Source: an uncultured Thermotogae bacterium (GTDB lineage: Bacteria > Thermotogota > Thermotogae > MWEM01). Taken from it: a stretch of DNA of 64,000 bases. Position 1 is the stretch's first letter, and each line of letters opens with the position of its first letter. The stretch is from NCBI GenBank assembly GCA_963667315.1, contig OY763325.1, forward strand, positions 1,669,380 to 1,733,379, written 5' to 3'. The translations under genes were made by a program, and so were the position numbers. The notes beneath the pieces were generated by a model. That model had not been told where the DNA came from. It was given only the letters and a program-made list of their open reading frames with translations, and did not search any database. This document shows positions 50,153 to 61,075 of the stretch, piece after piece.

Positions 50153-51559
50153 TTAAAATGTGATTTTTATACCAACCGGTGTTGGCCGTTCAAATTCATG
50201 TCCTCTTAAACCTCTTCTGTCTGCCAATTTCAAGACCTTTGCCTTACCATTCAGCAATTGCGATGAACCCCCTCCATCAAGGCTCACTGCATCTTTAACC
50301 CCTTCAGCAAGCATCACTTCCGTCATCTCATTGAAAGTGAAACCAAGACTGTCATACCCTTCTATATATTCTCCCGCATTGCATCCGGCAACCCATAATA
50401 AAACCATTTCCTCTCCGGTGAAACCAATTGCCATCCTTGCCGCCTTTGATTCATCCCATTGGGTTTCAAAAACGTTCGGCGGAAAACTGATACTCGTATG
50501 ATTTTGTGTGATGAGTGAGTTGAATTCCCCGTTGATCCTTTCCGAAGGAATGCCACCCCTGATGAGGGAGGGCCCGACCTGAACGGCAAAATCGACCGGT
50601 TCATCCAGCAAATATCTGACTTTTCTTGTTCCGGAAAAGTGATCCGAAGAAACTTGCAGAACAAAACCGGCATCCGGCACCTGTGAATCACCCCCATTTT
50701 TATACGCCATCACCTCATCGTTTACGATAATGAGATCCATCCCTCGGCATACTGGGGTTCTTTCAAATTCAGGTCGCCTGAAGAATCGTGCATTTTCACC
50801 ATCTCTATACATTTCCGTACCGATCAACACTTTTACATCCGAAATATCCATCGACTTGACCACTGTTTTTCCATCTTTGTATCTCAAAAGCATATCCCTT
50901 TTAAATAACGGTGGCAGCATCACTTCACCCTTTCCGATCAATGCGCCGAAAGGCTGGCCAATCATGGAATAAGGGGAACGCATATCCATTGTTTCAAGTA
51001 CAAAGAAATTTGAATTCAGTATCATACTGTTTTTGTCCGATTCAAGTGAAATATTCCCGAGACTCGGATGGATAAATTTAAAGATGACTTTCTCATTGTT
51101 TCTCGGATCCGCATTGATATACCCTTTGTCAAGCCATTCGTTCAAAAAGCTTTCCAGTTCCGATTCAGATGGGTCACAATGAAACCCATCCTTATTCAAT
51201 CTGATTTTATCTTCCTGCGACAAGCGCGTCAGCAAATCGATCAATGCCGCTTTGGGATCTAAATATTTTCCCGTTCCTTCAAAGCAATCATTGGCCACGA
51301 ATTCACTCAGTTTTCTCGGATCCAGAAACGCAAAACCTGAATAAAATTTTTCACTCCTCAGAAAGTAATATTTCCCGAGCTCATATATGTCATCAAAAGA
51401 ATCATCCGTCAAGTATGAAAAAAAAGGTGTTAAATCAGGTTTCCGGGTCGTTCTGAAAACAGCATAATCCGTAAAAGATGCCCCCTGTATTCTTCTTCCC
51501 ACCTTGTATCGAATATTCCCTCTGGTTTCATCTATGCTAATCTTGTCCACAACGGTCAC
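50153..51559 (-). CDS. Phosphodiester glycosidase (NAGPA-like) domain protein with uncharacterised N-terminal half
   Basis: C-terminal block AVSLDGGGSSQLL characteristic of the NAGPA/phosphodiester glycosidase family; no signal peptide seen. Confidence 0.6.
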   Translation of the reverse strand: MTVVDKISIDETRGNIRYKVGRRIQGASFTDYAVFRTTRKPDLTPFFSYLTDDSFDDIYELGKYYFLRSEKFYSGFAFLDPRKLSEFVANDCFEGTGKYLDPKAALIDLLTRLSQEDKIRLNKDGFHCDPSESELESFLNEWLDKGYINADPRNNEKVIFKFIHPSLGNISLESDKNSMILNSNFFVLETMDMRSPYSMIGQPFGALIGKGEVMLPPLFKRDMLLRYKDGKTVVKSMDISDVKVLIGTEMYRDGENARFFRRPEFERTPVCRGMDLIIVNDEVMAYKNGGDSQVPDAGFVLQVSSDHFSGTRKVRYLLDEPVDFAVQVGPSLIRGGIPSERINGEFNSLITQNHTSISFPPNVFETQWDESKAARMAIGFTGEEMVLLWVAGCNAGEYIEGYDSLGFTFNEMTEVMLAEGVKDAVSLDGGGSSQLLNGKAKVLKLADRRGLRGHEFERPTPVGIKITF

Positions 51560-51564
51560 CTCAA

Positions 51565-52692
51565 TCAGATTTCTTCTAATTTAAAGACATTCTCTACAAT
51601 TAACCGATGTCCCCCCAAAGCCGTTGGGTTGCAGTCGGTATTCAACACCAGCACTTCCTTGTTAAAACTTGAAAAATGGTTAATCTGCTCGGCTACCTGT
51701 TTGACAAGTGTCGGACAATGCTGTGCCAGCCCGCCGGAGAGAACGATCAAATCCGTATCCAGCGTAATAGCGGCAACAGATAGAACCTCACCCAGCTTCC
51801 ATGCTGCTTTTCGATATATTTCCTGAACTTTTTCCGTATCTTTCAGTTTTTCCATTTGATCCAGTATGTGAATTCTATCGTGTAGTTCAAGTTTCAATAT
51901 TTCTTTTGAGAATTCAACCAGGGACTTTTCGATTAAAAGGACTTCAAGCGGATAATTGTTGGCAATGAGTGTCTGCCCGATTTCTCCCGCCTGACCATTC
52001 CCACCTTTAAACAAACGACCATTCATCGTAATCCCGACGCCTATGCCGATATCCAGAACGGCTGCCAGTAAGTTCGATTTTTTCAAAAACCTTGAATACC
52101 CCAAAGCCAGAAGATTAGCGTCGTTTTCCCAAACTAATGGAATTTTCACACCATCCACCTTCATTTTCCCGGGTAGCCGAACATCATGCCAACCGTAAAA
52201 ACGACTGCGAATCAACCGATTATCCTGTGAAAGGGGTGCCGGAAAGGCAATGCTGATCCCCATCAACGAATCCGCCTCTTCTTCGGATGCTTCAAGCAAC
52301 ATCTCACATTGTTTTTTTATAATGCCCAATAGATCATCAAATGACATTTCCCTGTCAAAAGTATAATCTCTTTTATGCAGGATCTCTCCGGCTGCATTTA
52401 ATAGGACCGCATTTCCCCTGTTAAAGGCAATCTTTATCCCAATTGTCTTAAAGGCATCTTTGTTGATCGCATACAGTGCCGGTTTTCTGCCACGTGAAGT
52501 ATTTTCAATCCCCACATCCACAATCAAGCCTTCACTCAACAAAGCATCCGTGATATTTGAAACCGCCGGGAGACTTATTTTCAAATTCTTTGCAATTTCG
52601 GGTCTTGAGATCGATTCTTCTCTCTCATACATCAGAAAAAGTGTTCGCCTTTTATTCATCTCGTAAATCTGTTCTGAAACTCTTTTTTTCAT
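51565..52692 (-). CDS. ROK family transcriptional regulator (N-terminal HTH + sugar kinase-like domain)
   Basis: HTH (SRPEIAKNLKISLPAVSNITDALLSEGLI), ROK glycine-rich region (LDIGIGVGITMNGRLFKGGNGQAGEIGQ). Confidence 0.85.
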   Translation of the reverse strand: MKKRVSEQIYEMNKRRTLFLMYEREESISRPEIAKNLKISLPAVSNITDALLSEGLIVDVGIENTSRGRKPALYAINKDAFKTIGIKIAFNRGNAVLLNAAGEILHKRDYTFDREMSFDDLLGIIKKQCEMLLEASEEEADSLMGISIAFPAPLSQDNRLIRSRFYGWHDVRLPGKMKVDGVKIPLVWENDANLLALGYSRFLKKSNLLAAVLDIGIGVGITMNGRLFKGGNGQAGEIGQTLIANNYPLEVLLIEKSLVEFSKEILKLELHDRIHILDQMEKLKDTEKVQEIYRKAAWKLGEVLSVAAITLDTDLIVLSGGLAQHCPTLVKQVAEQINHFSSFNKEVLVLNTDCNPTALGGHRLIVENVFKLEEI

Positions 52693-52870
52693 CTAATCAC
52701 ACCTTAATGGGGATTGTTTTTCAAATTCTTTTATTAATTAAGCTAATTAATTATAGCACCCTTTCCAGAAAAATGCAACCCTCAAAAAAAAGAAGCGGCA
52801 TCCATTTTAGCTATGGATACCACTTCTTTTTCCCGGAACAATGTCCGAATTTTATAGGGTCATTCAGTTT

Positions 52871-55021
52871 TTATTTCTTATGATTGATAAATTTAACCCA
52901 TTCTTTTACAAGATCGGGATCGAATTGTTTCCCGGAGAATTTGATCAATTCCTGAATCGCCTCTTCAGCGGGCATGCCTTTCTTGTAAACTCTCTCTGAA
53001 GTCATCGCATCCCAGGAGTCGGCAATCGTCAGAAGCCGTGAAACAAATGGAATAGCCTCTCCCGCCAGCTGATCCGGATACCCCGTCCCGTCATAGCGCT
53101 CATGATGATGTTTGATCATCTTGGCGATGGCACTCATGTGCGTATTTTCCTTTAACGCCTCATAGGCATATTCAGGATGCATTTTTATTCTCTCAAATTC
53201 CGCTTCGGTCAACCTTGAGGGTTTATTCAAGATATTATGAGGGATGATAATTTTTCCGATATCGTGTACGATTCCCCCCCAGTATATATCCTGTACCAGT
53301 TTCTCATCAAGCTCAAGAAATTCGGCAAATGAAGCGGCAAGACGTGCCACATTTTCTGAATGCCCCTTCGTGTAGGGATCATGTTTTTCAAGTAGTTTGA
53401 TGATTCCAAGTATCGTTTCTTTCTGAACATCCTTCTCCATTTCAGACAATTCGTTGATGGTCAGATAGCCTTTGATATAATTTGAAAAATAATTCGCAAT
53501 ACGAAAATCATCCGAAGAAAATTTATCTTCTTCCTTACTGAAAAGGGCGATAATTGCGATCATTTTCTCCCTGGATTTAATCGGAATAGAGATCATCTGT
53601 CTGATTTCGGATAGTTTATCGTTGATTTCGGGGACATCATGCTCTTTAACAAATTCATAAGGCTGATAATCCTGTAAGACTACTTTTTCAGCATGCGAAT
53701 AATCCGACACCACAAGTTTCAAATCGTTCATAAACTTCATATCGAACCCTTTAAACCCGATATATCTGTAGACATCATCTTCTACAACAGCTGCAAATGC
53801 GTAGTCGACTGAATTGATCAATGAATAGATTTTTTCAAAACTCTTGAGGATAAACGCTTCTACATTGTTGATATACTTGAGAAAATCCGGAATATGAATG
53901 AGATTATCCACTTTTTCTATCAACGCTTCATTTTCAAGGTAGGCATCTTCCAATTCCTCATTCATCGCATGTAATTCATCATAGGAATTGACGATCTCAT
54001 CCTTCATCAGAACAAAACTCCGCTGCATGGATTGTAATTCACAGATATCCGATTCTATCTCTTCAACGTAATAGTCCTTTTTTTGAACGTTGAAATATTT
54101 CATATTGTTTTCCAGTATCAGGATCGGTTTCGAAAGCAATCCGGATAATCTTGCCACAGCGTGTTTCATCAGATACAATGTCAGTAAAACGAGACTGGTG
54201 AAAATCACCGCTGCAATCATCAGAAAGCCGATGAAATAAACCTTCATCTTTATCGCTATATCATAGCGCCCGTAGGTTGAATTCTTACTGATATAATACT
54301 CCCCTTCAAAAGGATTGATCAGAATATATTCCGGCTTCCCGGTAAGATTTGATTCATCAAAATGATATAATTCCGCTTCGGAATAATCATCAAATACCCT
54401 GATATCAAGAATCGAATCGTTGAACACTTCAATCGCCAGCCTGTTTATCATATCGTCAATCGCTTTAAAACGAATGCCAATTTCAAATATGGTATCATCG
54501 GGCATTCTCATATAAGCGTATAAACGAATAAGACCTGTTCTTCCCTCTTTCGCAAGCGATTGAAGAAAAATGCTTCCCGGTTCCGCATTCCAGACCGTCT
54601 CATTTAAAAATGGCCAATTCGGGAAAGAGAGCCCTTTATCAAGCTCAAAATCAGTATCAAAGATGACAAATTCATCTGAAAATTTATAATAATTAATCGC
54701 ATCGATTTCAAGTGTATCATATTCTATTTTATTGAGTTCCGATTTGATTCGTTCGATAGCTTGAGCATCCATCAAAGTATGATATTCTGCAGTTAGAAGG
54801 GTTTCCAATTCAGGGTTAAAAAGCTCTTCAATCTCTTGAAAAACACTCCCTATTTTGGTTATGTACAATTCTGTTAACGCATCGGTCCTTTCACTTTCCA
54901 TTTTAAAAAAGATGGGACTGAGAACAACAAAAATAACGATAATAAAAAGGATAATCGGTATTAATATTGCACTATACAACTGCCGTGATCTTTTGATAAA
55001 CGTTTTTTTCAGTGTAGGCAT
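52871..55021 (-). CDS. HD-GYP domain phosphodiesterase with N-terminal membrane-anchored sensor region
   Basis: 716 aa; TM near N-terminus and mid-protein; HD (GIVHDIGK), HHHERYDGTGYP GYP motif. Confidence 0.85.
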   Translation of the reverse strand: MPTLKKTFIKRSRQLYSAILIPIILFIIVIFVVLSPIFFKMESERTDALTELYITKIGSVFQEIEELFNPELETLLTAEYHTLMDAQAIERIKSELNKIEYDTLEIDAINYYKFSDEFVIFDTDFELDKGLSFPNWPFLNETVWNAEPGSIFLQSLAKEGRTGLIRLYAYMRMPDDTIFEIGIRFKAIDDMINRLAIEVFNDSILDIRVFDDYSEAELYHFDESNLTGKPEYILINPFEGEYYISKNSTYGRYDIAIKMKVYFIGFLMIAAVIFTSLVLLTLYLMKHAVARLSGLLSKPILILENNMKYFNVQKKDYYVEEIESDICELQSMQRSFVLMKDEIVNSYDELHAMNEELEDAYLENEALIEKVDNLIHIPDFLKYINNVEAFILKSFEKIYSLINSVDYAFAAVVEDDVYRYIGFKGFDMKFMNDLKLVVSDYSHAEKVVLQDYQPYEFVKEHDVPEINDKLSEIRQMISIPIKSREKMIAIIALFSKEEDKFSSDDFRIANYFSNYIKGYLTINELSEMEKDVQKETILGIIKLLEKHDPYTKGHSENVARLAASFAEFLELDEKLVQDIYWGGIVHDIGKIIIPHNILNKPSRLTEAEFERIKMHPEYAYEALKENTHMSAIAKMIKHHHERYDGTGYPDQLAGEAIPFVSRLLTIADSWDAMTSERVYKKGMPAEEAIQELIKFSGKQFDPDLVKEWVKFINHKK

Positions 55022-55167
55022 TCTTCAACCGTCCATATATATGTCTTTTCAGCTTGTATAGTATAACACACGCATAAAAGCGATACATTTCCTTTACAAT
55101 TTCAAAAACAATTTTTATGATAAAATATGAGGAAACTGAACTAATTCCATAAAATGTTGGGGGTAAA

Positions 55168-56349
55168 GTGATGAAAGATTTGAAATGCTATAAGGGGCTT
55201 GGTTATCATTCATTCCTGATTCTTGGTGCAATTGCCACCTATATTTCAGCCGTCATGCCGCTTATCAGGGAAGCACTTTCCCTCTCATACGCAGATGTAG
55301 GCATGATTTTCGCAGCAAAATCCATCGGCTTTTTCGTTGGTGCAATCCTGATCGGAACACTGGTGGATCACATCGGAACGAAGAAACCGCTTGTGTTCGC
55401 ATTCATCGCATTCCCTGCGGGTGTTTTAATCTTCGCCCTCTCAAAATCGGCGTTGGGGTTGATAGCGGGTAATTTTCTCATCGGTATAGGCGCTTCGGTC
55501 ATGGAAGTTGCCATCCCACCGATCAGTGCTGCTTTCAAAGGGAAAAGCGGAAAACTGCTTAATCTGATTCATGCGTTCTTCGCACTTGGTGCGATGCTGA
55601 GTCCGATTATCGCCTCATTTATGATATCGCGAAATCTGCCTTATCTGGCATTTTTGTTCATCATTGCCGGTTATACATGCATTCCTTTATTTTTTTCAAC
55701 ACAATTATCCGTTCATCTCCCGAAGAGGGAAAAGTCTGTCGATCAAAAAAAATCATGGCGAAGTATGGCGCTGTTAAAAGATAAATTTTTCTGGATTATC
55801 ATCACGGCCACCTTTTTTTATGTCGGTTCAGAACTGGGGATCTCCTCATGGGCCTCTTCTTATGCCGCAGATCATAGAAGGTACAGTATGGAAATTTCAA
55901 GTATACTGCCGTCGATCTTCTGGATCGGTCTGCTTGCCGGAAGATTTATCTCTTCTGAACTTGTGGACAGAGTGGGTCATCTCAAATGGCTGTTGCTTAT
56001 AACGGGAATTGGCGTTCCAATCACTTTTCTGTCGCAGATGCCGCCTGATTCATTCTGGTTTCTGGCAATATTCATGTGTCTGTCCGGCCTTATCCACGCC
56101 TCCATCTACCCGACCGTTCAATCATTGCTTGTCGATACCATCAAGGAAAACATCGGTCTGGCACTGGCACTTTTTTCGGCAGCGGCTTCTATCGGCAGCA
56201 TGTTCGGATCATTCCTCATCGGAACGGTCAGCAATACTTTCGGAATAAAATGGGGTTATTTCGTTCCCTTTATCCTATTTACAGGTGTCTTTCTGATGAT
56301 TCTCCTTTTTGCCGTGCTCAATAAACGCGAAAAGAAACAGACACCGTAA
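55168..56349 (+). CDS. MFS transporter
   Basis: 12 predicted TM helices, 393 aa. Confidence 0.8.
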   Translation: MMKDLKCYKGLGYHSFLILGAIATYISAVMPLIREALSLSYADVGMIFAAKSIGFFVGAILIGTLVDHIGTKKPLVFAFIAFPAGVLIFALSKSALGLIAGNFLIGIGASVMEVAIPPISAAFKGKSGKLLNLIHAFFALGAMLSPIIASFMISRNLPYLAFLFIIAGYTCIPLFFSTQLSVHLPKREKSVDQKKSWRSMALLKDKFFWIIITATFFYVGSELGISSWASSYAADHRRYSMEISSILPSIFWIGLLAGRFISSELVDRVGHLKWLLLITGIGVPITFLSQMPPDSFWFLAIFMCLSGLIHASIYPTVQSLLVDTIKENIGLALALFSAAASIGSMFGSFLIGTVSNTFGIKWGYFVPFILFTGVFLMILLFAVLNKREKKQTP

Positions 56350-56432
56350 TTCAGAACACCTATTCCGAAAGAAGAGATTCAAATCCCAATCTTTTTCCTC
56401 AGCAGCTTTGATTTTTTTCTCGTTTTTGGTCT

Positions 56433-57314
56433 TCAATCATTCCGTTCCCCTTCGTACGCCGTCAAAATGGATACTCCCACAAGTCCGGCTCCAGAAAAGG
56501 ACCATAATGTGGCATTGATCTCGTTAAAATAAATGGCATCGATCCGGTCCTTGAAAGTCTCTCTGATCAGATTGACATTATTCAGTGTAGCCTCCATCTT
56601 TCCCGTATAAACGATGGCAAGGGCTTCAACGTGCCTTTTATCAACTTCGGTTTGTATCTCTTTAATCATCTTTTTCGTCGCTCGGTCAATTCCACGTGCT
56701 TTCATATGCGTATAGATGACACCGTTTTCATCGATTCCCACTATGGGTTTAATATTCATAACGTCAACGAGTGTTCCCGCAACTCTTCCGATTCGCCCAC
56801 CTCTGACGAGGTACTTCATCGTCGGTAACACAAACATGATTCTAGAGTGTTTTGTAACAGTGCCCTTAATCTGTTTAACGATCTCATCAACTGATTTACC
56901 CATATCACGAAGCTGTGCCGCTTTAATCGTTAAAAGTCCGGCTCCCATTGAAACGCTCAAGGTATCAATTACCTCAACCCTAACCCCTTCATTGGCTTCC
57001 ATGATCTCCTTTGCCACCAGTTGAAAGACGTTAAACGTCCCACTCACCTGATTGGACATGGTGAGTCCTATGATTTCATTGCATCCTTCCGCTATGAATT
57101 CCAGCATCAACCGCTTAACATCTTCAAATGAAGCCTGTGTCGTCTTGGCATAATGATCTTTTATATACGCCTGCACTGCCTCCAGACATCCCTCATCACC
57201 ATCCCGATACTCTTTATCCCCAAGAATGATCCTGATGGGTGCAACTTTTATCCCGTATTTTTCCAAATGTGTTGTTGAAATATCGTTCGCCGAATCGCAC
57301 ATGATACCGATCAT
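56433..57314 (-). CDS. DegV family fatty-acid-binding protein
   Basis: MIGIMCDSANDI N-terminus, VRGGRIGRVAGTLVDVMNIKP block. Confidence 0.85.
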   Translation of the reverse strand: MIGIMCDSANDISTTHLEKYGIKVAPIRIILGDKEYRDGDEGCLEAVQAYIKDHYAKTTQASFEDVKRLMLEFIAEGCNEIIGLTMSNQVSGTFNVFQLVAKEIMEANEGVRVEVIDTLSVSMGAGLLTIKAAQLRDMGKSVDEIVKQIKGTVTKHSRIMFVLPTMKYLVRGGRIGRVAGTLVDVMNIKPIVGIDENGVIYTHMKARGIDRATKKMIKEIQTEVDKRHVEALAIVYTGKMEATLNNVNLIRETFKDRIDAIYFNEINATLWSFSGAGLVGVSILTAYEGERND

Positions 57315-57560
57315 ATTATCACCCTTTATTGTTGACAGTCTTAAATCTCCCCTTTATTTGACGTTTTTTAACACATATAATTTATAATTCACTTTCCATT
57401 TAATGGCGAAGCGTTGATTTCAATACAAAATCACCTAATATAACTTAAAATTTCTTTATAAAACTTTACATTTAAAGATAAAAGTGGTATTATGTTGAAT
57501 CACAATCCGGATATAAGAACTTTTTCCGGGTTGTGAAATCTCTTTCCGGGAGGCTTCGGC

Positions 57561-58499
57561 TTGTTCATCTTTCTCATCCCATCTCTATTTTTCGGTTGGG
57601 CATTGGGTGCAAACGATGCAGCAAATGTATTCGGTCCACCTGTCGCTTCAAAACTCTTAAAACTCAGATACGCCATCATTCTTTCATCACTATTCATCAT
57701 AGTAGGTGCTATTACGCAAGGCCATGGCGGAATGGAGACGATGAAAGCCATCTCCTCCGGTTCACTGGCATCAAGTAGTATCGCTGTGCTCGCTTCCGCC
57801 ATCACGATGACCGTCATGATCAATCTGAAAATCCCGGTGTCTTCATCTCAGGCAATCATCGGGGCTATAACGGGAATGAACCTTATCACGAATACTGATG
57901 TTGACTGGTGGATGATCTTAAAAGTCGTACTGGCTTGGGTCGGTACGCCCGTTGGCGGAATGATTTTCGGCCTTATCGCTTATCGCCTTATCAGACCTTT
58001 TTATAAAAAGATAAAATCACCTCTTTATCAGGATAGAATCCTGAAGATCATGGTGATCATTTTTGGCTGTTATGGCTCATATGCACTCGGTGCCAACAAT
58101 GTTGCCAATATAACCGGTGTCTTCGTCAATCAACTCGGTGTCATGAACGCATTGCTGATCGGAAGTTTTGCAATAGCCGGTGGCGTTTTGAGTTACAGCT
58201 GGAAGACCATGTCTTCTTTCGGAAAGGATCTCACAAATTTTAATTATTTTTCCTCTTCCATCGTCATTCTGGCAGAATCTGTGACGGTATGGCTTTATGC
58301 CTTCATCGGAATCCCCGTTTCAACATCACAGGCCGTCATCGGTGCGACAATTGGAACCGGTCTCGCTGCCGGTAACGTGCAGATCAAGAAAAAACAGATC
58401 TTAAAAATTATCATCGCATGGATCAACACACCGATTTCATCCGGTTTAATCGCCGTTGCGCTTCATCTCATCTTTAAAGCCATCGGAATCATCAATTGA
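57561..58499 (+). CDS. Inorganic phosphate transporter, PiT (PHO4) family-like (TTG start)
   Basis: GGGAGG RBS then TTG 57561; duplicated GANDAAN-type motifs (WALGANDAANVFG; YALGANNVANITG). Confidence 0.7.
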   Translation: MFIFLIPSLFFGWALGANDAANVFGPPVASKLLKLRYAIILSSLFIIVGAITQGHGGMETMKAISSGSLASSSIAVLASAITMTVMINLKIPVSSSQAIIGAITGMNLITNTDVDWWMILKVVLAWVGTPVGGMIFGLIAYRLIRPFYKKIKSPLYQDRILKIMVIIFGCYGSYALGANNVANITGVFVNQLGVMNALLIGSFAIAGGVLSYSWKTMSSFGKDLTNFNYFSSSIVILAESVTVWLYAFIGIPVSTSQAVIGATIGTGLAAGNVQIKKKQILKIIIAWINTPISSGLIAVALHLIFKAIGIIN

Positions 58500-58557
58500 A
58501 AAAGAGCGTGCTTTATTTAAAACAAGTCAAATTTCATTAATAAGCACAACGGTTGAA

Positions 58558-58590
58558 TAAAAAAACACTCCCGAAGGAGTGTTTTTTTCC
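58558..58590. terminator. Bidirectional terminator
   Basis: AAAAAAACACTCCcgaaGGAGTGTTTTTTT. Confidence 0.65.
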
Positions 58591-58600
58591 TTATGCTGAA

Positions 58601-60670
58601 TTATTCGTTGTCTATCTTGAACTTTTTGATCTCTTCAGACAGCCTTGCTGCCAGTTCATTCAGTTCTTCCGCAGCACTGCTCACCTGGACCGTAGAATCA
58701 CTCTGTTCCGCAATTGCGCGGTTCATATCTTTCATCTGCTCTGAGATATCTTCCATCGACTTGGATGATGTCACCATTCCGGAGGCCATCTCCTCTGTTG
58801 CAGCACTCTGCTCCTGTGCGGATGCCGACAACGCCTCGATCTTTGAACTGATGGCATCAACCGATTCTGAAATCGTCATAAACTCAGTCTCTATCTTCTT
58901 TGATCCTTCTACTAAATGTCCATAGAATTCAACTGTCTTATCCACTGCAATATTCGCCTTGGAGGCACTGTCATCTATCTCGTTCAGAATAGAGGCGATG
59001 TTCTGAGTAGCAGACTGACTCTCCTCTGCAAGTTTTCTGATCTCATCCGCAACGACGGCAAAGCCTTTCCCGGCTTCTCCCGCTCTTGCCGCCTCGATTG
59101 CCGCGTTTAATGCCAGCAGATTGGTCTGTTCCGAAATGGAGGAAATCGTATTGACGATCGCCTGAACATTACTCGATTTTTCCGCTACGGCCCTTACCAG
59201 TTCCATCGCTTCCTTATTCTGTTCATCCACCTTATTCATCATTTTCGTCTGATTCCTGAGTTCATCGGTTCCCGTATCCGTCGCCTGTTTCGTCGACATG
59301 ACCTCATCCGCAAGCTCCTGAGAGGTATGCGAAACACTCTGCGCAGACGATGATATCTCTTCAATTCCGGCATTGACCTCTTCAATCGAAGCCGAGGTAT
59401 CTTCAACATTGTTGACAACAGATTCAGACTGGGAATGAAGCTCTTCGCCTATCGCACTGTTTTCCTCGGCAACAGATGCCAGCTCGCTTGAAGATTTGTC
59501 AACAGACTCGATGGCTTCACGGAATGAATTCATCGATACCCGAAGGGCTTCTCCCATGCCGTTCAGAGAATCTGCCATCTCTCCTATCTCATCCTGATTC
59601 TTAACCGAGAAAACCTGTGTGAAATCGCCATGTCCGAATTTGACAATCCCCTCAGCCATCGTCTTTATCGGTTTTGCCAGGAAATTTCCGAGCAGGAAGG
59701 CAACAAACAGGATAACGCCAAGGACAACCGCCGTGATGATGATGACGAAAATCTGAAGATTATTCAGCGTCTCCATGACTTCAGCCTCGGGTATTGTTTC
59801 AACAAAATACCAGTCAGCTCCGATTTTGTTTATAGCACCTATCTTCTTTTCACCTTTGTAAATATAATGAAATACACTTTCGTTATTTTTAATTGCCTCA
59901 ACGATACGATCCTCAGTTTCCTTATCAGCATCATGGATATATGTCCCATAATCAAGAGAAGGATGGGCAACTATTTTACCATCGGCTTTGGTGATAAAAC
60001 CGTACCCGGTTTTATACGCTTTTGCATTTTTTACAACATCTTTTACATAGTCAAACGAGACATCTACGCCGACAACACCAATAGCCTGATTATTAAAGAT
60101 AAGCGGTGATACAACAGACATGATATCTCCAAGACCTTCCCAGTAATAGGCTTCAGTATAAATCATCTTTTTTTGTTCAATTGGGTCTTTTAACCAAGCA
60201 AGATCAGATGAGTTATCATCAAAATATTCCATCGTTAATTGATCTTCTCTTGTAATATTTCCATTATTCCTCATCAGCGATAAACTATACGGGAATCTGT
60301 ATTTATAAGGATTGATATAGAAATACGCATCAACCTGTTCGGGGATAGCTTGTGTATATTCTTCCATAATAGACATAATCTCATTCTCGTATTCCTCCAA
60401 ATAAGCCAACCCGGAAGATTCAATCTTTTTAGCATCCAGTGTGCCCTTAAAAAGAGCGTCCATCGCTTTAACATAATAAGAGACTCTTTCAAGATAAGTT
60501 TCTATTTTCCCCGCTTCTTTTTCGGTGATTTCCATCAATTTATCCTCGCCTTCAGCGATGAGGATTTCCCTGGTGTTGAAGACAAAGAACAACGAAATGA
60601 TCAAAGCGACTGCAAGAGAAGAAACAAAGATATTCATCACAATTTTTAAGGTCATGCTCTTTTTAAACAT
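58601..60670 (-). CDS. Methyl-accepting chemotaxis protein with extracytoplasmic double-Cache-like sensor
   Basis: Start at second ATG (60670, GGAGGGTGG RBS) giving MFKKS like its paralog; TM-sensor-TM-HAMP and conserved MCP tip identical to the other MCPs. Confidence 0.88.
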   Translation of the reverse strand: MFKKSMTLKIVMNIFVSSLAVALIISLFFVFNTREILIAEGEDKLMEITEKEAGKIETYLERVSYYVKAMDALFKGTLDAKKIESSGLAYLEEYENEIMSIMEEYTQAIPEQVDAYFYINPYKYRFPYSLSLMRNNGNITREDQLTMEYFDDNSSDLAWLKDPIEQKKMIYTEAYYWEGLGDIMSVVSPLIFNNQAIGVVGVDVSFDYVKDVVKNAKAYKTGYGFITKADGKIVAHPSLDYGTYIHDADKETEDRIVEAIKNNESVFHYIYKGEKKIGAINKIGADWYFVETIPEAEVMETLNNLQIFVIIITAVVLGVILFVAFLLGNFLAKPIKTMAEGIVKFGHGDFTQVFSVKNQDEIGEMADSLNGMGEALRVSMNSFREAIESVDKSSSELASVAEENSAIGEELHSQSESVVNNVEDTSASIEEVNAGIEEISSSAQSVSHTSQELADEVMSTKQATDTGTDELRNQTKMMNKVDEQNKEAMELVRAVAEKSSNVQAIVNTISSISEQTNLLALNAAIEAARAGEAGKGFAVVADEIRKLAEESQSATQNIASILNEIDDSASKANIAVDKTVEFYGHLVEGSKKIETEFMTISESVDAISSKIEALSASAQEQSAATEEMASGMVTSSKSMEDISEQMKDMNRAIAEQSDSTVQVSSAAEELNELAARLSEEIKKFKIDNE

Positions 60671-61027
60671 ATTACCACCCTCCATATTCAGCTTATAATT
60701 CCTAACGAAAATATTATATCATTTATTACTATTGTATAATATTAAATATTATGCTTTTTCGTTCATAAAATAATTATAAACATGGACAAATTAGTTTAGT
60801 TAAAATGCCATAAGTGTGTACTTCTTTTTAAAACAGTAAAGAAAATCGGACTATTTCGCTCTCTTTTTTTGCAGAAAGAGAGGGGATATAAATAAAACAT
60901 CATATTTTTGATGCTAATTGAAAAAGAAACACGCCTTTATTTCGAATTCAGAATCAATATGACAACCCATTATTAATATGAAAATCCTGTATCTAATCAA
61001 ATAAGAATCTTATGATAAAAGTGAAAC

Positions 61028-61066
61028 AAAAGAACACCCTCTTAAAGAGGGTGTTCTTTTGTTTGT
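61028..61066 (-). terminator. Terminator downstream of MCP paralog
   Basis: AGAACACCCTCttaaaGAGGGTGTTCT followed by TTTGTTTGTT. Confidence 0.6.
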
Positions 61067-61075
61067 TGCGTATAA

